Position numbers and translations under genes: made by a program. Below, one piece after another: positions 12,928 through 26,898 of a stretch of DNA of 64,000 bases; position 1 is the stretch's first letter, and every line of letters begins with the position of its first letter. The notes below the pieces were generated by a model, which had not been told where the DNA came from, did no database searches, and saw nothing but the letters and a program-made list of their open reading frames with translations. This DNA is from Octopus sinensis (Eukaryota): positions 59,148,001 through 59,212,000 of the forward strand of contig NC_043013.1 of assembly GCF_006345805.1 (NCBI RefSeq), given 5' to 3'.

Positions 12928-13669
12928 TATTCAGAAAAAAAGAATGCCAAGGAACAAAAAGAGCAAAGGAAGTTAGTCAGAAAATATGAGTATGAGTATG
13001 GATAAATAAGTGGCTGTGAGGTATGTAGCTTGCTTACCAACCACATGGTTCCGGGTTCAGTCCCACTGCGTGGCACCTTGGGCAAGTGTCTTCTACTATA
13101 GCCTTGGACCGACCAAAGCCTTGTGAGTGGATTTGGTAGAGGGAAACTGAAAGAAGCCCATCGTATATATGTATGTATATATGTATGTGTGTGTGTGTAT
13201 GTATGTTTGTGTGTCTGTGTTTGTCGCCCCAACATCGCTTGACAACCGATGCTGGTGTGTTTATGTCCCCATAACTTAGCGGTTATGCAAAAGAGACCAA
13301 TAGAATAAGTACTAGGGGTAAAAGGAACAAGTCCTGAGGTTGATTTGCTCGACTAAAGGCGTTGCTCCAGCATGGCCACGGTCAAATGATTGAAACAAGT
13401 AAAACAATGATAAATAAATAAATAAATAGATTAATATAATAATTATAAATATGACTTGTAAGGCAGAGACAAAACAATAAAAATACTGAACACAGGCAAA
13501 ATGGTAGATGTGAAAAAAAAAAGAAGCAGTTACAAAATCAAAAAAGAAATATGTAAATGAAGACAGGTAAAATAAAAAAAATAATAAAAAGAAGAAAGAA
13601 AAACAGAAACAAAAAATAAAGATGAACAAAAGTGGAGGGGGGAGCAAAAAAGGAGATGATTGTTGTCTT

Positions 13670-15340
13670 GAGAACAGGTTTATGTGTAACTCAGTCTCTC
13701 TCACACCGGACACTATATCTACTAGGAAATTTACACCAGCAATGCTACAATGCCACCTTAAGAATGAACGCAACTATGCCTCTCCTGGTCTCGATAGTGT
13801 TACATACCTACTTCTCAAATGCGGTGGGTACTTTCTTCTAAACCAACTTTCACTATTCTTCCAATTCTGTCTTGACAATGATGTTACTCCAGAGCAGTGG
13901 AAAACTGCCAGTGTTATCCCTCTGTTCAAAAAGCGTGACCGCACATTGCCTGTCAACTATCGCCCCATTAGTCTTACTACCTGCATCACCAAACTGATGG
14001 AATCCTGTGTCAAGGAAACCCTCTGGAATTTCTGGAAGTCTCACAGCCTCATCCAGCTGTCACAATTTGGATTTATTCCTAACTCCAGCTGCTGTAATCA
14101 ACTCATCGAGTTTCTTGAGGACATTACCCAAATCACTGATCGCGGATCCTGGGTGGATGTTGTTTACCTGGACTTTGCTAAGCCTTTTAACTCTGTGCCA
14201 CACAAATGACTTATGGTGAAACTCTCTGCGTTGGGTGTAAGAGATGATCTCTATAACTGGTAGAAGTCCTTTATCGGCCAAAAAGAGGTTGTCACAGTTC
14301 TAGGACAGCACTCTTCACCCTATAAGATGACATCTGGTGTACCACAGGGATCTGTTCTTGGCCCCCTTTTATTTGTTGCATATGTTAATGACATAGATGC
14401 CAACTTAAAGAATGCCACAGTGCTGAAATCTGCAGATGATATCAAGCTGTACCTCGAAATAAAGAGGTCAGATCCTGTACACTATAGATCTCTATTGCAA
14501 TCAGACCTGGACACAATGCAGCAGTGGATCATGGACTGGCAACTCAAGGTGGCTGTGGACAAATGTACCACCATGCATTTTGGGAGGAAAAACCCAGCGT
14601 CTACTTACTCCCTTCACAAAACTAATCTCAAAAAGTCTTCGTGTGAACGTGACCTGGGCGTTATTGTCGACAGCGATTTGCATTGGACAAAACACATTGC
14701 TAAAATTGCCAAGAAGGCTTGAGGGTGTCTTGGCATCACTCACCAAGTCCTTTGTGAGCCACTCTCCGGCTATCTATCAGTGGCTTTATATAGCTATGGT
14801 GCGACCTCACCTGGAATTTGCATCGCCGGTCTCGAACCCCTATCTTGCCAAGGATATTAATCGTCTGGAAGCCGTTCAGTGACGTGCAACCAAGAGAATA
14901 CCCTCCATCAGGCATTTGCCATATTCTGAACGCCTTACTTCCCTGGGCATGGACACATTGAAACACCGACGTCTGGCAGCTGACTTGGCAGACACCCATA
15001 ACATTTTTAACCATCTTACAAACCATAACTCTGAGCACCTTTTCAAACTCCACCTGTTTAACACCCATGGACATGTTTACAAAGTCAGAAAACAGCACAG
15101 CTCCCATGACTTTCGGAAACATTTTTTCATGCTAAGAGTTGCTGAAGCATGGAACAAACTGCCAGCATCAGTTGCTAGTTGTCGGAGCACTGCATCCTTC
15201 AAAACTTCCATGCTTCCTGAGATTCGCCAACACTACACCTGATTTTCTCCCCTCCATACACATGCAAGCATGTATCTGACTCATACACTGTTCGCTTTCC
15301 AGACATTTGTACATTACTGTATGTAATTGATATGCACAAC
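13670..15340 (+). mobile_element. CR1/L2-group LINE ORF2 (RT) pseudogene, 5'-truncated
   Basis: SPGLD, NYRPISLT, QFGF, VYLDFAKPFNSVPH, SGVPQGSVLGPLLF, SADDIKL and FFMLRVAEAWNKLP motifs with in-frame stops. Confidence 0.92.
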
Positions 15341-15675
15341 AGAGAAAGCGGGTGAGTGGGAGGTAGGGTGTGTCTGATTTAAATATCAGGCTGACTGCAT
15401 ATTTTACCTGTGTGTAGTTGGATATTATTTTGATGTTGAACGGATATTTTGTGTGTCCTCTGTAGAAAAAGAGGTAAGTAAAGATATCCTTTTGGTTGGG
15501 ATGGTGGTGTTCATAGGGTTATGATACCCAGATGCTATTATATATATATATATATACACACACTTGTACATTTATGCAATATGTATGTATGCGTATGTCT
15601 ATCCTTCTGTCTCTCAATATGTTCATACTGTTGCATGTTAGGCATGTATCTACATATATCTTTATATACATATAG

Positions 15676-15713
<38 letters not shown>

Positions 15714-17343
15714 ATAATATATATATATATATATCATAATATCATCATCGTCGTTTAAATACGTTCTCCATGCTAGCATGGGTGGACAATATATATATAT
15801 ATATATATATATAAAAAAATACTCACACACACTCACACACATGCACACACACAGACACACACACATAAACAGCAACACAAATACATGCATACATGCATAC
15901 TGACAAACTATTACACACACATGTGTAAAAATAAAAATGGAGCTTCTATATGGTCACATAATGTGTTAAAAAATGCAGCCAAACCTCCCTCTAACGTAGT
16001 CCTAGATACGTTATTCCTGAGGGCAACTCTTTCAATTACAGATCTAATCAATCAGTACTGACCTAGGGATGTACAATAACAGATACGCTCAGACATGGGA
16101 GCAGATGGACCCTGAACAAAAGTACCCTAGGACAGTGTTCTGCATGTTAAATACCTTTTACAGCCGTGTCTCACACAAGTGTAAAATAGAGAGTAAGAAA
16201 AACTTTGAATAAGTAAGATAATCACTCACTTTTTCTCTCTACCTAATGTCAAAGATATGTAGTACATTTCTGTTATAATCTGAGTCCAGACTAAAAATTT
16301 TCAGTTCATCTTTGGTGTTACAAGAAGTTTTGTTGGTCTCTCGGTCAACTGTACCCCACACAATAATCAAGAGAATTGCAGAGTTAGGTGATCAGATGTT
16401 AGGGGTGACGTGGTTGCAGAAATTGTCCAACAGTGAGTGTATATGTTTGTGTGTCTGTGTTCGTCCCCCCAACATCACTTCACAACTGATGCTGGTGTGT
16501 TTATGTCTCCGTAACTTAGCGGGTCAGCATAAGAGACCGATAGAATAAGTACTAGGCTTACAAAGAATAAGTCCTGGGGTCAATTTGCTTGACTAAAGGC
16601 GGTGCTCCAGTATGGCCACAGTCAAATGACTGAAACAAGTAAAAAAGAGTAAAGAGTATACACACATATATACATAGATGGTTGTATGTGAGTGTGTGTC
16701 TGTGTGTCTTTGTGTTTGTTTCCCTCCTTGTTCAGCATAACAAGTGAGGCAATTTCTTTGACTAAACCCTTCAAGGCAGTGTCCAAGTAAGGCTGTTGTC
16801 CGATGACTGGAGCAAGTAACAAGTTAAAAAATACAAGATCCATCGATATAATTGCATTCTCTTTATTAGTGTCTTTAATTGCCAATCCATTATAATTTTT
16901 CAAACCAGTTATGCTGATGCTGGTAGCATGTAAAAAGCATCCAGTCAACCTGTATACTCTGTAAAGTGGCTGGCATTAGGAAGGGCATCAAGCTGTGGAA
17001 ACCAAACCAAAACAGACTATGAAAGCTGGTGTGGCCCCTGGGCCTTGCAAGCTCCTGTCAAGCCGTCCAACCCATGCCAGCTTGGAAAATGGAATTCAAA
17101 TGATGATGATGCTGATGATGATGATGATGATGATGATGATGGTGATGATGATTCAGTCGTTTTGAAGTTTGACTTCATCTATCTTTATCAGTTTCATCTC
17201 GAGAGCTGCGGCCATGCTGGGGCACTGCCATTAATTCTTTGTTTTTGTATAGTATTATATGATAAATTCAAAATAAGGTAACAACAAGAATCAAACCTTG
17301 TATTCCTATCCACTGATGAAAAATAGTTGCTTTTGTTTCTGAC

Positions 17344-17538
17344 AAACTAGTAATCATTATTTACATTATTTACATTATTTACATTTGACGGATATTTGTC
17401 CTCATCTTGTTTGTTGTTAACACAACATTTCGGCTGATATACCCTCCAGCCTTCATCAGGTGTTTTGGGGAAATGTCGACCCTGGGTTCTCATTCATAAG
17501 GGTTTTTTTGAAAGCTTAGTAAACTAGTAATCATTATT
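17344..17538 (-). mobile_element. Short retro-insertion with 18-bp TSD, carrying a hammerhead motif
   Basis: AAACTAGTAATCATTATT is duplicated at 17344-17361 and 17521-17538. The 159-bp insert ends in (TGTAAATAA)n on the minus strand. Confidence 0.85.
17419..17464 (-). ncRNA. Minimal type I hammerhead motif
   Basis: AACAC-CUGAUGA-A-GGCUG(10 nt)CAGCC-GAAA-UG-UU-GUGUU. Lies inside a TSD-flanked retro-insertion. Confidence 0.8.
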
Positions 17539-19271
17539 ATTCTTTCCAAATTATTCTACAAGTTGTCATTTTCTACAAAGTTCTAAAGCCTTATCTTTAA
17601 TTTCATTCTAATAAGATTGCCAAAAAGGTATTCACTTATTCTTTTATTCATTTACTGTGGTCATGCTGGAGCATCACCTTTAGTTGAACAAATCGACACC
17701 AGGATTATGGGGACGTAAACACACCAGCATCAGTTGTCAAGCGATGTTGGGTAGGGGTGGGTGTGGGGAACAAAGACACACAAACATATACACACACATA
17801 CACACACACACCTATATATATATATATATACATATATACGATGGGCTTCTTTCAGCTTCTGTCTACCAAATCCACTCACAAGGCTTTGGTTGGTCCAAGG
17901 CTATAGTAGAAGACACTTGCCCAAGCTGCCACGCAGTGGGACTGAACCCAGAACCATGTGGTTGGTAAGCAAGCTACTTACCACACAGCCACTCCTATGC
18001 CACTGTGATAATATATTAGGAATGACAAGATATGTTGATTGGATTCTTGCTGTTCTTCTTGCACTCCATGAAGTATCCTTAATTTTATTATATAAAATGA
18101 TACATCCCTTAAAATAAGGAATTCTTTCATCTGTATGTAGTAAGGAGACCCTATTGGAGTGGGGGATAACCTCTTAATAGAGAATTTCAGGTTAAGTTGG
18201 TCTAAACAATCATCATCCTCATCACCACCATCATCATCATCATAATCATCATCAATTGTCTGTTTTCCATGTTGGTATGAGTTGGATGGCTTGATAGTAA
18301 CTGGTAAGGCAAAGGGCTGCACCAGGTTCCGTAGCCTGTTTTGGTTTGGTTTTTAAAACTGGATGCCCTTCATAATGTCAACCCAACTTTTTATGTACTG
18401 GATGCTTTTCATGTAGCACCATCACCAATGTTTTTTTTTAAGTGGCACCAGCACCCCAACCAATGCTTTTTACATGGCACCCTGGTTTTAGGATGAAAAT
18501 TCTTAAACCTCATCATCATCTTCATCATCGTCGTTTAACGTCCGTTCTCCATGCTAGCATGGGTTTTGGACGGTTCGACCGGGGTTCTGGGAAGCCAGAA
18601 GGCTGCACCAGCTCCAGTCTAATCTGGCAATGTTTCTACAGCTGGATGCCCTTCCTAACGCCAACCACTCCGTGAGTGTAGTGGGTGGTTTTTACGTGCC
18701 ACCTGTACATTTACAATATATAATGGACTTGATATGGTGAAACCTAAAGAGAGGAAGCATTACACATTTGTACAGCAAAACAATTGAAGAAGCTTTTTCA
18801 ACTTTTAATATATGACTTATAGTTCTTTCAAGGAGTATTTTTTGAAGTTTTCCTATGAGGTTTCTTATATATGACATTGTTACTTGATACCATTGTATGT
18901 TTAGCAGATCAAAGGTGGAGAGGGATTACAGGTAATTAGATCAGAGAAACAGAATGTTTTGATTGCATATACACAGTTTTCAGTGCATTAATTACATAAA
19001 CACACATACACACACACACATACACATGGCTGTTGTTAATAAAAAGAACAAACAATTGAAGACCAGTGATGCGAAAAATCACTACAATTTCAAGGTGTGA
19101 CCTGAAGAAAATTGACCTGCTATTTCTAGCAGACTAAGTAACCACACACAATCTATTTCTTAAGTGGAGGGAAATAAAAACATGTCACAGGAAAAATAGT
19201 GAAAGTATAATATTTTATGTTTATGTATTTGTTTTGCAAGACTCTTGATGGGAAATCATGTGTTGAAACAG

Positions 19272-20045
19272 ATACAAGATCTGATTAATAAGTATACGGA
19301 CAGTGCCATAGTAACGAACTAAGAGGTAAAGATGTTTGGCAAAGATTGAGCTTGTACTCTGCTGTGCATGCACACTAAGTTTTAATGTTCTAGCTCACTT
19401 CCACTGTTTATAGTAGTGCTTGGAAGGAAGGTGTGTGTAGTGTATGATTTGTTGCATAGACTTGCTCAGAGGCCTTTAAGGTTGCAGAAGTGTATGGAAA
19501 GGAGTGTATGAGCCACAACAAGTGTACGAGTGGTTCAGACGTTTCCAAGATGGTCAGTAAAACGTCAATATTGACGAACGTTCTGGGAGACCAGCAACCA
19601 GCAGAACTGAGAAAAACATCACAGATGTGCATGCAGCTCTGAGGGGAAATTGTCAAATCACCATCTGCGAGTTATCAGAGGATGTGCACATTAGTTACGG
19701 TTCAGTTCAGTTCATTTGCACTGAAGATTTGGGTATGAGACACATGTCTGCCAAGTTTGTGCCAAAACTGCTTTCAACTGATCCAAAACACATTCAGGTT
19801 TCAGTTGCACAAGATCTTGATTGTGTCGAGAACGGTGAAAACTTTTTGTAAACTTTGCATAGGCCTCTGAGCATGTATCGTCAAGCTTTTGGCAGAATTT
19901 CATGCAGATTCTCGGCTAAACTTTCTCTGTCATGGTCAATCCGACGATCACACACTATACACATTTTCTCCAAGCACTGCTGTAAACAGTGGAAGTGAGT
20001 TAGAATGTTACAACTTCGTGCAGATACACAACAAGGTTCAAGGTC
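19272..20045 (+). mobile_element. Rearranged mariner-family transposon relic
   Basis: SGRP...ITICELSEDVHISYGSVQFICTEDLGMRHMSAKFVPKLL (mariner HTH plus WVP-like motif) on +. The extreme N-terminus MKFCQKLDDTCSEAYAK lies inverted at ~19850-19903. Confidence 0.75.
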
Positions 20046-20206
20046 AATCTGTGCATTTGTGTCCCATTATAACTAAACATAAACACACACATATATGTAT
20101 ATATATATATATATATATACATACACACATATGTATATTAGTGTATGTAGATTGTTAGTGATTTTTTCCTCCGTCTTAATTTTCGTTTGGACTACCCTCT
20201 GTTTCA

Positions 20207-20243
20207 TGTTTCTAAAGAAGAGCTTTGCTCGAAACGTTAAGCA
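20207..20243 (+). ncRNA. Decayed minimal hammerhead motif
   Basis: TGTTT-CTAAAGA-A-GAGC(TTT)GCTC-GAAA-CG-TT-AAGCA. Sits just upstream of a GIY-YIG fragment. Confidence 0.5.
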
Positions 20244-20299
20244 CCACTCTGTTCCTTTTGCTCCAAACCAAAGACAGTGAACGCCAGAGGATGACCCTA

Positions 20300-20482
20300 C
20301 GTATATCACAGATTGAAATACAGAAAAATAGCATTTAGCAAACACATCGACATTTGTGCCATTAACGAACAACCCAACTTCAGAATTTTCCCCTCTATAA
20401 ATTCAGGGACAATTCAACCTATAATCAGCGCATTAGCAAAGAATCATATTTTATCGCAAGATATAAATCCCTTTTGAATGCT
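20300..20482 (+). mobile_element. Penelope-like GIY-YIG C-terminal fragment
   Basis: ISKHIDICAINEQPNFRIFPLYK...RISKESYFIARYKSLLN, homologous to the 23165-23566 ORF. Confidence 0.75.
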
Positions 20483-20943
20483 TCCACCACAGATGACACT
20501 ACTACAAGTCTCTTAGAATAATACCCACACAAATATTAAAAACGATATATTTAGAACAGTCACTGCCCATGAATTTATTCAGAACAATTCCAATCACTAC
20601 TGCTATAACCACAACATGTCACTTTTAGGTCACTTGACCATTCAAGAGGACTTTACGAACAGCCTACTGCAGTCATACCACTCCCGTCTTTTTCTTCTTC
20701 TTTCTCTTCTTTTCTCCCCTTCGTCATCCTCCTCCTCTTTGTTCTTCGCCGTCTCCTTCCTTAGCTACTGCTACTTAAACAGTCAAAATCCAGAACCAAC
20801 ACCCCCCATATTAAATACTTCAATTGTTTTTCATACTTTACTCTACTGAGCCCGGTACTAAAATGTTCTTCATGATAAAATTATTTTAGCATTTTCTACC
20901 TTATTTCCCTTATAATATGAACTTGTGTGTTACTTTTCAACCT

Positions 20944-21080
<137 letters not shown>

Positions 21081-21182
21081 ACAGAACCGGTAAGATAACA
21101 AAATAATGAAAGAGACCTCGATATTATGTAAATAGAGGAATGTATCTGTAAATATAATATGTGACAATTATTCGGCAGCCAT

Positions 21183-21243
21183 GATAAAACTCCGAGTTTC
21201 GGATGTCGGGGCGGAAACCCACACCGCCATCTCTTCTGTTATC
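21183..21243 (-). ncRNA. Hammerhead motif, CAGAAGA core (PLE family A)
   Basis: GAUAA-CAGAAGA-GAUG...CAUCC-GAAA-CUCGGAG-UU-UUAUC. Confidence 0.6.
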
Positions 21244-22546
21244 GGGCCATCGAAAACAATTGTATGAAATGGACCGTTAAACACAGGGAAATTACTGTGT
21301 GATTGACTTTTATTAAGATAAAAGAGCAATTAGAATGACCACTAAGGGAGGAGAGAGAGTAAAGGCAAGGGAATAAAAATGATCATAGTATTCGCGTAAG
21401 CGCACACGTCCATACATACACATGCGCGCCCGCACACCCACGTAATGCGCCTATAAGTATATACTCATCCACCCTCACATGAAACACACACATGCTCACC
21501 CACACATTCGCCAAAAATTATATACATTCCCGCATACACGCTCGCACACACACACATGCGCACAAAAAAGATTCATATACACGTCTATATACGCACATGC
21601 ACAACAGGGCTAAATGCAAAATACAGAAAAATGTGTAAAAAGGTGTAAAAAATAAGCAATAAGAGTAAAACACGTTTATATACGCACGTACTCGCATGCA
21701 CGCACACACACACGTCTATATACGCACATACACGCACACACGCACACATCCTCACGCGCACACAGAAGATTTCATATACACGTCTATATACGCACAGGAA
21801 AAATGCAGGGTGGAAGGTAGAATACAGAAAAAATATGTGTAAAAAATATATGAGCAATAAACCTATAAAACATTATCTCTATAAATATGTAAAAAATATA
21901 TAATAATATATAAGAAATATAAGTAAAAAGTATAGAGAGATAAAAAAGCTTGAACGTGGACACAATATAGAAAGCAAATTCTATCTGTAATCTCGGGGGG
22001 ACCAAAAACGTAACAATATTTAGCCACGTGTGGACATTATCCGAAAAGTTCAGTTCTTGAATTTAGACATGTGCTGCTTTTCCAGATGAACCATCTTTCC
22101 ATATCACAAAGACTGCACTTCCCACTACCGTTGGTGCAGGGCTTACACTTGGCTAAAATATTCCAATGGATGTTGTAACTGACACCTTTATCTTTTAAGG
22201 ACCATATATGACTGGATAATTTGGTCGTTTTCCTTTTGTCACAGTGGCTGAAGGTCAAAGTGTGATTATTGAACCGGGCCTTAAAATTACCTTCTGTAAG
22301 GCCCACGTATTTCTTCGTCGAAACCGTGTCCTTAGTGGATATAGAGTCCACGGTGGCTTCATAAATCGTGGTCTCGGACATGCATTTTTACGCGAATACT
22401 ATGAACATTTATACTCCCTTACCTTTACTCCCTCTCCCCGCAATTAGCGGTCATTCAAATAGCTCTTTTGTCTTAATAACGGTCACACGCAAAGTAATTT
22501 CCCATTTTTTTAGCGGTCATTTTCATAGCAATTTTTTTGATGGCTC

Positions 22547-22607
22547 GATAACAGAAGAGATGGCGGCATGGGTTTCCGCCCCGACATCCGAAACTCGGAG
22601 TTTTATA
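22547..22607 (+). ncRNA. Hammerhead motif, CAGAAGA core (PLE family A, inverted copy)
   Basis: GATAA-CAGAAGA-GATG...CATCC-GAAA-CTCGGAG-TT-TTATA. Confidence 0.6.
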
Positions 22608-22616
22608 ATGGCTGCC

Positions 22617-22729
<113 letters not shown>

Positions 22730-22769
22730 ATATATATATATATAGTATAAATATGTTCCAAAAAGAAAA

Positions 22770-23993
22770 TATAAAATATAAAATACACGTGGAAATGTAA
22801 GGGGAAAATAAGAAAAATCAACGAAAATGCACATTGTACATAAAAAAAGAAAAGGCTTTTTATGAAAGGTAACGACATATATATACATTTAGATGGACTG
22901 AGGTAGTAATAAAAGTTATAAATTTATTATTATGAGATGATTAAAAAGTCAGAAAGGAAAGCATACCATGGTTTTGTCATAAGCTATTCATTGCTTTGAA
23001 TAAACACCGGCTAATGAACGGTGTCAGGACTAATAGTTCCTGAGTAAAAAGATTATTTGTAAGGGAGGTAAGTAGTTCTGGATTTAGTGCAGCTGTGTTA
23101 GATATAGAATTGTAATGTGAGTGGTGTAGGGAGTATATAGAGGTTAGTAGTGTTAATTGAAGGGTTAGTGCTGCTCTGTATTAAGTTGTGTGATCATATT
23201 TAATTGGGGAAGATATTTATTGATGAAAATTGCCTCTTTATTCAACCTTTGTTGCATTGTGGTGTTCTGTGAACATTGATAGAAGGGAAAGATTTGGAAA
23301 TTAGGATCAAGATTCACAGCACACCTTTCTATGTGTTCACTAACCTGTAACTGTCTGTATTGTGTTTGGCGGATTTGTTCTTTGTGGATGGTAGTTCTTC
23401 GACGGAGTGCTATTCCTGTTTGTCCAATATAGTGGTTGCCACATCCTAAGCATGTCATGACATAGATTAGATTTGCCGAGGCGCAGGTGAAATTTGATTT
23501 GATCTTAAATATTTTTCCTTGTTGAAGTGAAATTCTGGACGCTCCAAAAGGTGGGGGCATGTTCAATAGTTAGGATGACCACATTTTTTCACTTTTGGCT
23601 CGGTTGTTAGTGGATAAAGTCTTGCGCTGATTAATATTTTTTTCAGTGACTTCGGTTGCTTTTTGCTTTTTATAATTTTGTATGAGCTTAAAATTTCGTT
23701 CATTGTTTTGACTGCTGTGAGGACGGGAAGATTTTGGGTGATAATGTTGAAGAATTCGTTGTTTCTAGGGTTATGTGTGAAAATGTACGGGAGTATTTTT
23801 AAGTCTGGTTTAGTATTTCAGCTGGCTTGACTTAATATTTGTATATCTATTTCCTTAGCTCTTAATGACTTTTATGACTTTTATTACTACCTCAGTCCAT
23901 CTAAATGTATGTATCTGTCGTTACATTTCATAAAAAGTCTTTTCTTTTTTATTTACAATGTGAATTTTCTTTCATTTTTCTTATTTCCCCCCC

Positions 23994-23995
<2 letters not shown>
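22770..23995 (-). mobile_element. Penelope-like element with GIY-YIG and inverted pLTR
   Basis: ORF 23165-23566 FTCASANLIYVMTCLGCGNHYIGQTG..LRRR..H...E..FI...LN. Region 22800-22917 is inverted at 23878-23995. Confidence 0.88.
22958..22997 (-). ncRNA. Degenerate hammerhead motif with A3:U8 core
   Basis: AAAGCA-AUGAAUA-GCUUAUGAC-AAAA-CCAUGG-UA-UGCUUU. 6-bp stem I and palindromic stem III; GAAA has decayed to AAAA. Lies 3' of a GIY-YIG ORF. Confidence 0.55.
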
Positions 23996-24083
<88 letters not shown>

Positions 24084-24294
24084 ATATATATATAAGTTTT
24101 AAAATTACAGAAGAAATTGTTTGTAGGCAGTTTAGCTTAAAGTTAAAGCAATATGACCGATAATCACAGAGATGTGAGTTCGGGTCTCATAGCTGGTCGC
24201 GAACACATTTTTTTTGCAATATAAAGACGATCTGTCTTATTTTGCTATTCAACATTATTATTATGCGTTTGAGAATAAAAAGTATTTCTATATT

Positions 24295-24349
<55 letters not shown>

Positions 24350-26689
24350 AACATGTACATATATATAAACACAAACCCACACACATATATTTATGTGTAT
24401 ATATATAATATATATATATAGTATAATATATATATATATATATGTATGTATATGTATGTATATATAAACACGTCAAATATAATTAGTAAGATTATGAGAC
24501 AAGGAAGAAGACAAACGAACAATACATGATATTGAAAAAGCAAAGTAAAGCGAACGCTGAAACAACCTAAGAATATGAAATGAAAAAATTACAGTGGAAG
24601 AACGGGTACATTGAAAATACGCCGATGAAAGAAGGAGAAGCGAATTTAATATTTCGATTATACTCTTTATCAAAGAGGAGAGAAGGGAATAAGAAATGTA
24701 AGAGATAATATAAATAAAAACGAATTACATGGTAGGCTTGGTGTAAAGTGATAGGTGGAGTGTGGGATACTAGGACTAGAAATGGCGCCACAATCTGGTT
24801 GACAGTGAGAGAATGAGAAAGAAAATAAGTGGGGAGAGAGTAGGAGAAAGGTGAGGAAGAGAGATAGATGAAAGGTGATGAGTGTTGTGTGAGTGTATGT
24901 GTGTGTGAGAGAGAGAGAAGAACCACCGGAAAAGAAATGAGAAAACAAATCTTCAAACATGAAGCTGAAATTCAAGCCTTTTCATTGCATTTCTATAGGG
25001 TTAGAAGATTACCAATGGTTTCAGTTTGCTATCTCTGCTTGCGTTGTCTCTAAACATTGAAATTAGTCGATCTTTCGAAACTTTAAATACAGACATTGAC
25101 GATTCTTGGTGGTATTTTTTTTAATCTCCAAAAGAATTCTTCCCCATCCACATTGAAAACTTGTCTTCACATGTAATTTCCCCCTCCAGTAATTTTTCTT
25201 AAATTTTGTGGACAAAATTTTACTGCTTCATCCTCGGTGCTTCTTGATATTGTGCCAACCTGCTCTCTTCTAGCCCCCAAACCATCCACGGTTTACAGTA
25301 AGGTGTTTCCTTTACAGTCTTCTTTTTTCATCCTTTAGCGCTGTAAGGATGGAAAAAGCTTCTGTACAAATTGCAGTGGAAGTATCGCCGGGGAAAATGC
25401 TTAATGGCATTTCGTCTGTCTTAATGTTCGGAGTTCAAATTTCATGGTGGTCGAACTTTGCCTTTCGTCTTTTCGGGGTTAAGAAAATAAGTGTAGTCGA
25501 GCATTGGGATTCGTGTAATCAATTTAAACCTGCCTCTGAACTTACTGGCCTTGTGCCAAAATTTGAAACCAATATTCATGCTTAACCAGCAATCTATATT
25601 GTTAAAAATCTTTATTTGAAGAGTGACGCAATTTTTTTTATACTTCCTAGTCAAATAGATTGCATAGAATGCGCATTCATAACTCCATCCAAATATTTCT
25701 ACATCTCTTTCAAAATTGTACAGACGGATGAGAAGTTCAAATGAGTATTTTTCAAAAATCATTTTTAACACAGCGCCCATGGTCCTTTTTTTAGGACCAG
25801 AAGGACAATCCATCATACTTCTGCAATACCTGTATTTTTTTGAGATACCTTAAGTTAGTCAGCAAGACTGGAGTGTCTTTCAAATATTCTTTTCTACTCT
25901 AGGCACAAGGCCTGAAATTTTGGGGGAGGAGGCCAGTCGATTAGATCGACCCCAATACGCAACTGGTACTTAATTTATCGACCCCAAAAGGATGAAAGAC
26001 AAAGTCGACCTCGGCAGAATTTGAACTCTTTCAAATATTGTAACAAAATGTTTTTATATATTTAGTATCAGATAAAGTTGTATAAAAAAGTTTTAGATAA
26101 TAAATCAAATAAAACAATTTGTGGACTAATGTGTTAATGGTATTTCCAGCATGGTGCTACCTTATAATTCCATACATTTTCCCCAAAGTTATGGTTCCTT
26201 CTAGTTTCTTATTTAATGTTCCAGTTAGTGTACTAATGTATTTTGGTATGTTAAAAAAAAAAAAGGATGCCCAATATTCTAAAAGAAAGACAGAGAACGG
26301 AGCAGTCAAGGAAAGTATTCTAAGATGTCTCGTAAACATACACTTGTTAATAAAAAAAAATGGCGCATTTCAATTGCAGCAAATACGATGGTGCACTGCA
26401 AAGGAGAATGGGAGTTGCTGGCTCTCGCCGACAGTATTTGGCCTTTAGCTTAGCTGACAAATGCATTCATTGCTTTCAGACAGCACACATTGAGTTTTAA
26501 ACAAATTAAAAAAAAAAAATATTGCTTTTTATTTTTGCCGCTGAAAATTCTCATAGAGCTGTAAAGTTGTGAAAAACAAACGCTGAGAGTGAGAACTACC
26601 TGTGTATAATTGTATATTTTCATATAAACACTCATATACGTAATTTGAACATTAACCACAGTATTATGATTTTTTTTTTTTTTTACCAG

Positions 26690-26826
26690 GGAGGTATCTG
26701 AGACTATACAGAAGTGCAATAAAAGAGAGCAAAAGAATAGAAACCGAAGATGACAGCGGATACTGTACCGCCAGAGAGGAAGTTGGGGTTACTAAGGCAA
26801 TTTCTATATAGTCGGCACCATGATTG
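26690..26826 (+). CDS. SLC7A9: SLC7A9/b(0,+)AT-like transporter, first coding exon (frameshifted as assembled)
   Basis: Strong acceptor (T)14ACCAG ends at 26689 and donor GTAAGT starts at 26827. The 3' end reads YIVGTMI-G in phase 1 and joins exon 2 (GA TCT GGC) to give VGTMIGSGIF. Upstream, ATG 26750 gives MTADTVPPERKLGLL and a third frame gives AIS, so two 1-nt deletions are needed to restore KLGLLxAISYIVGTMIG. Confidence 0.7.
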
Positions 26827-26898
26827 GTAAGTAAAATATTTTGATATTCAAGTCCTACTCTCAGCAATTAGAATATTAGTCGAGGTCTTCATTTAAAC

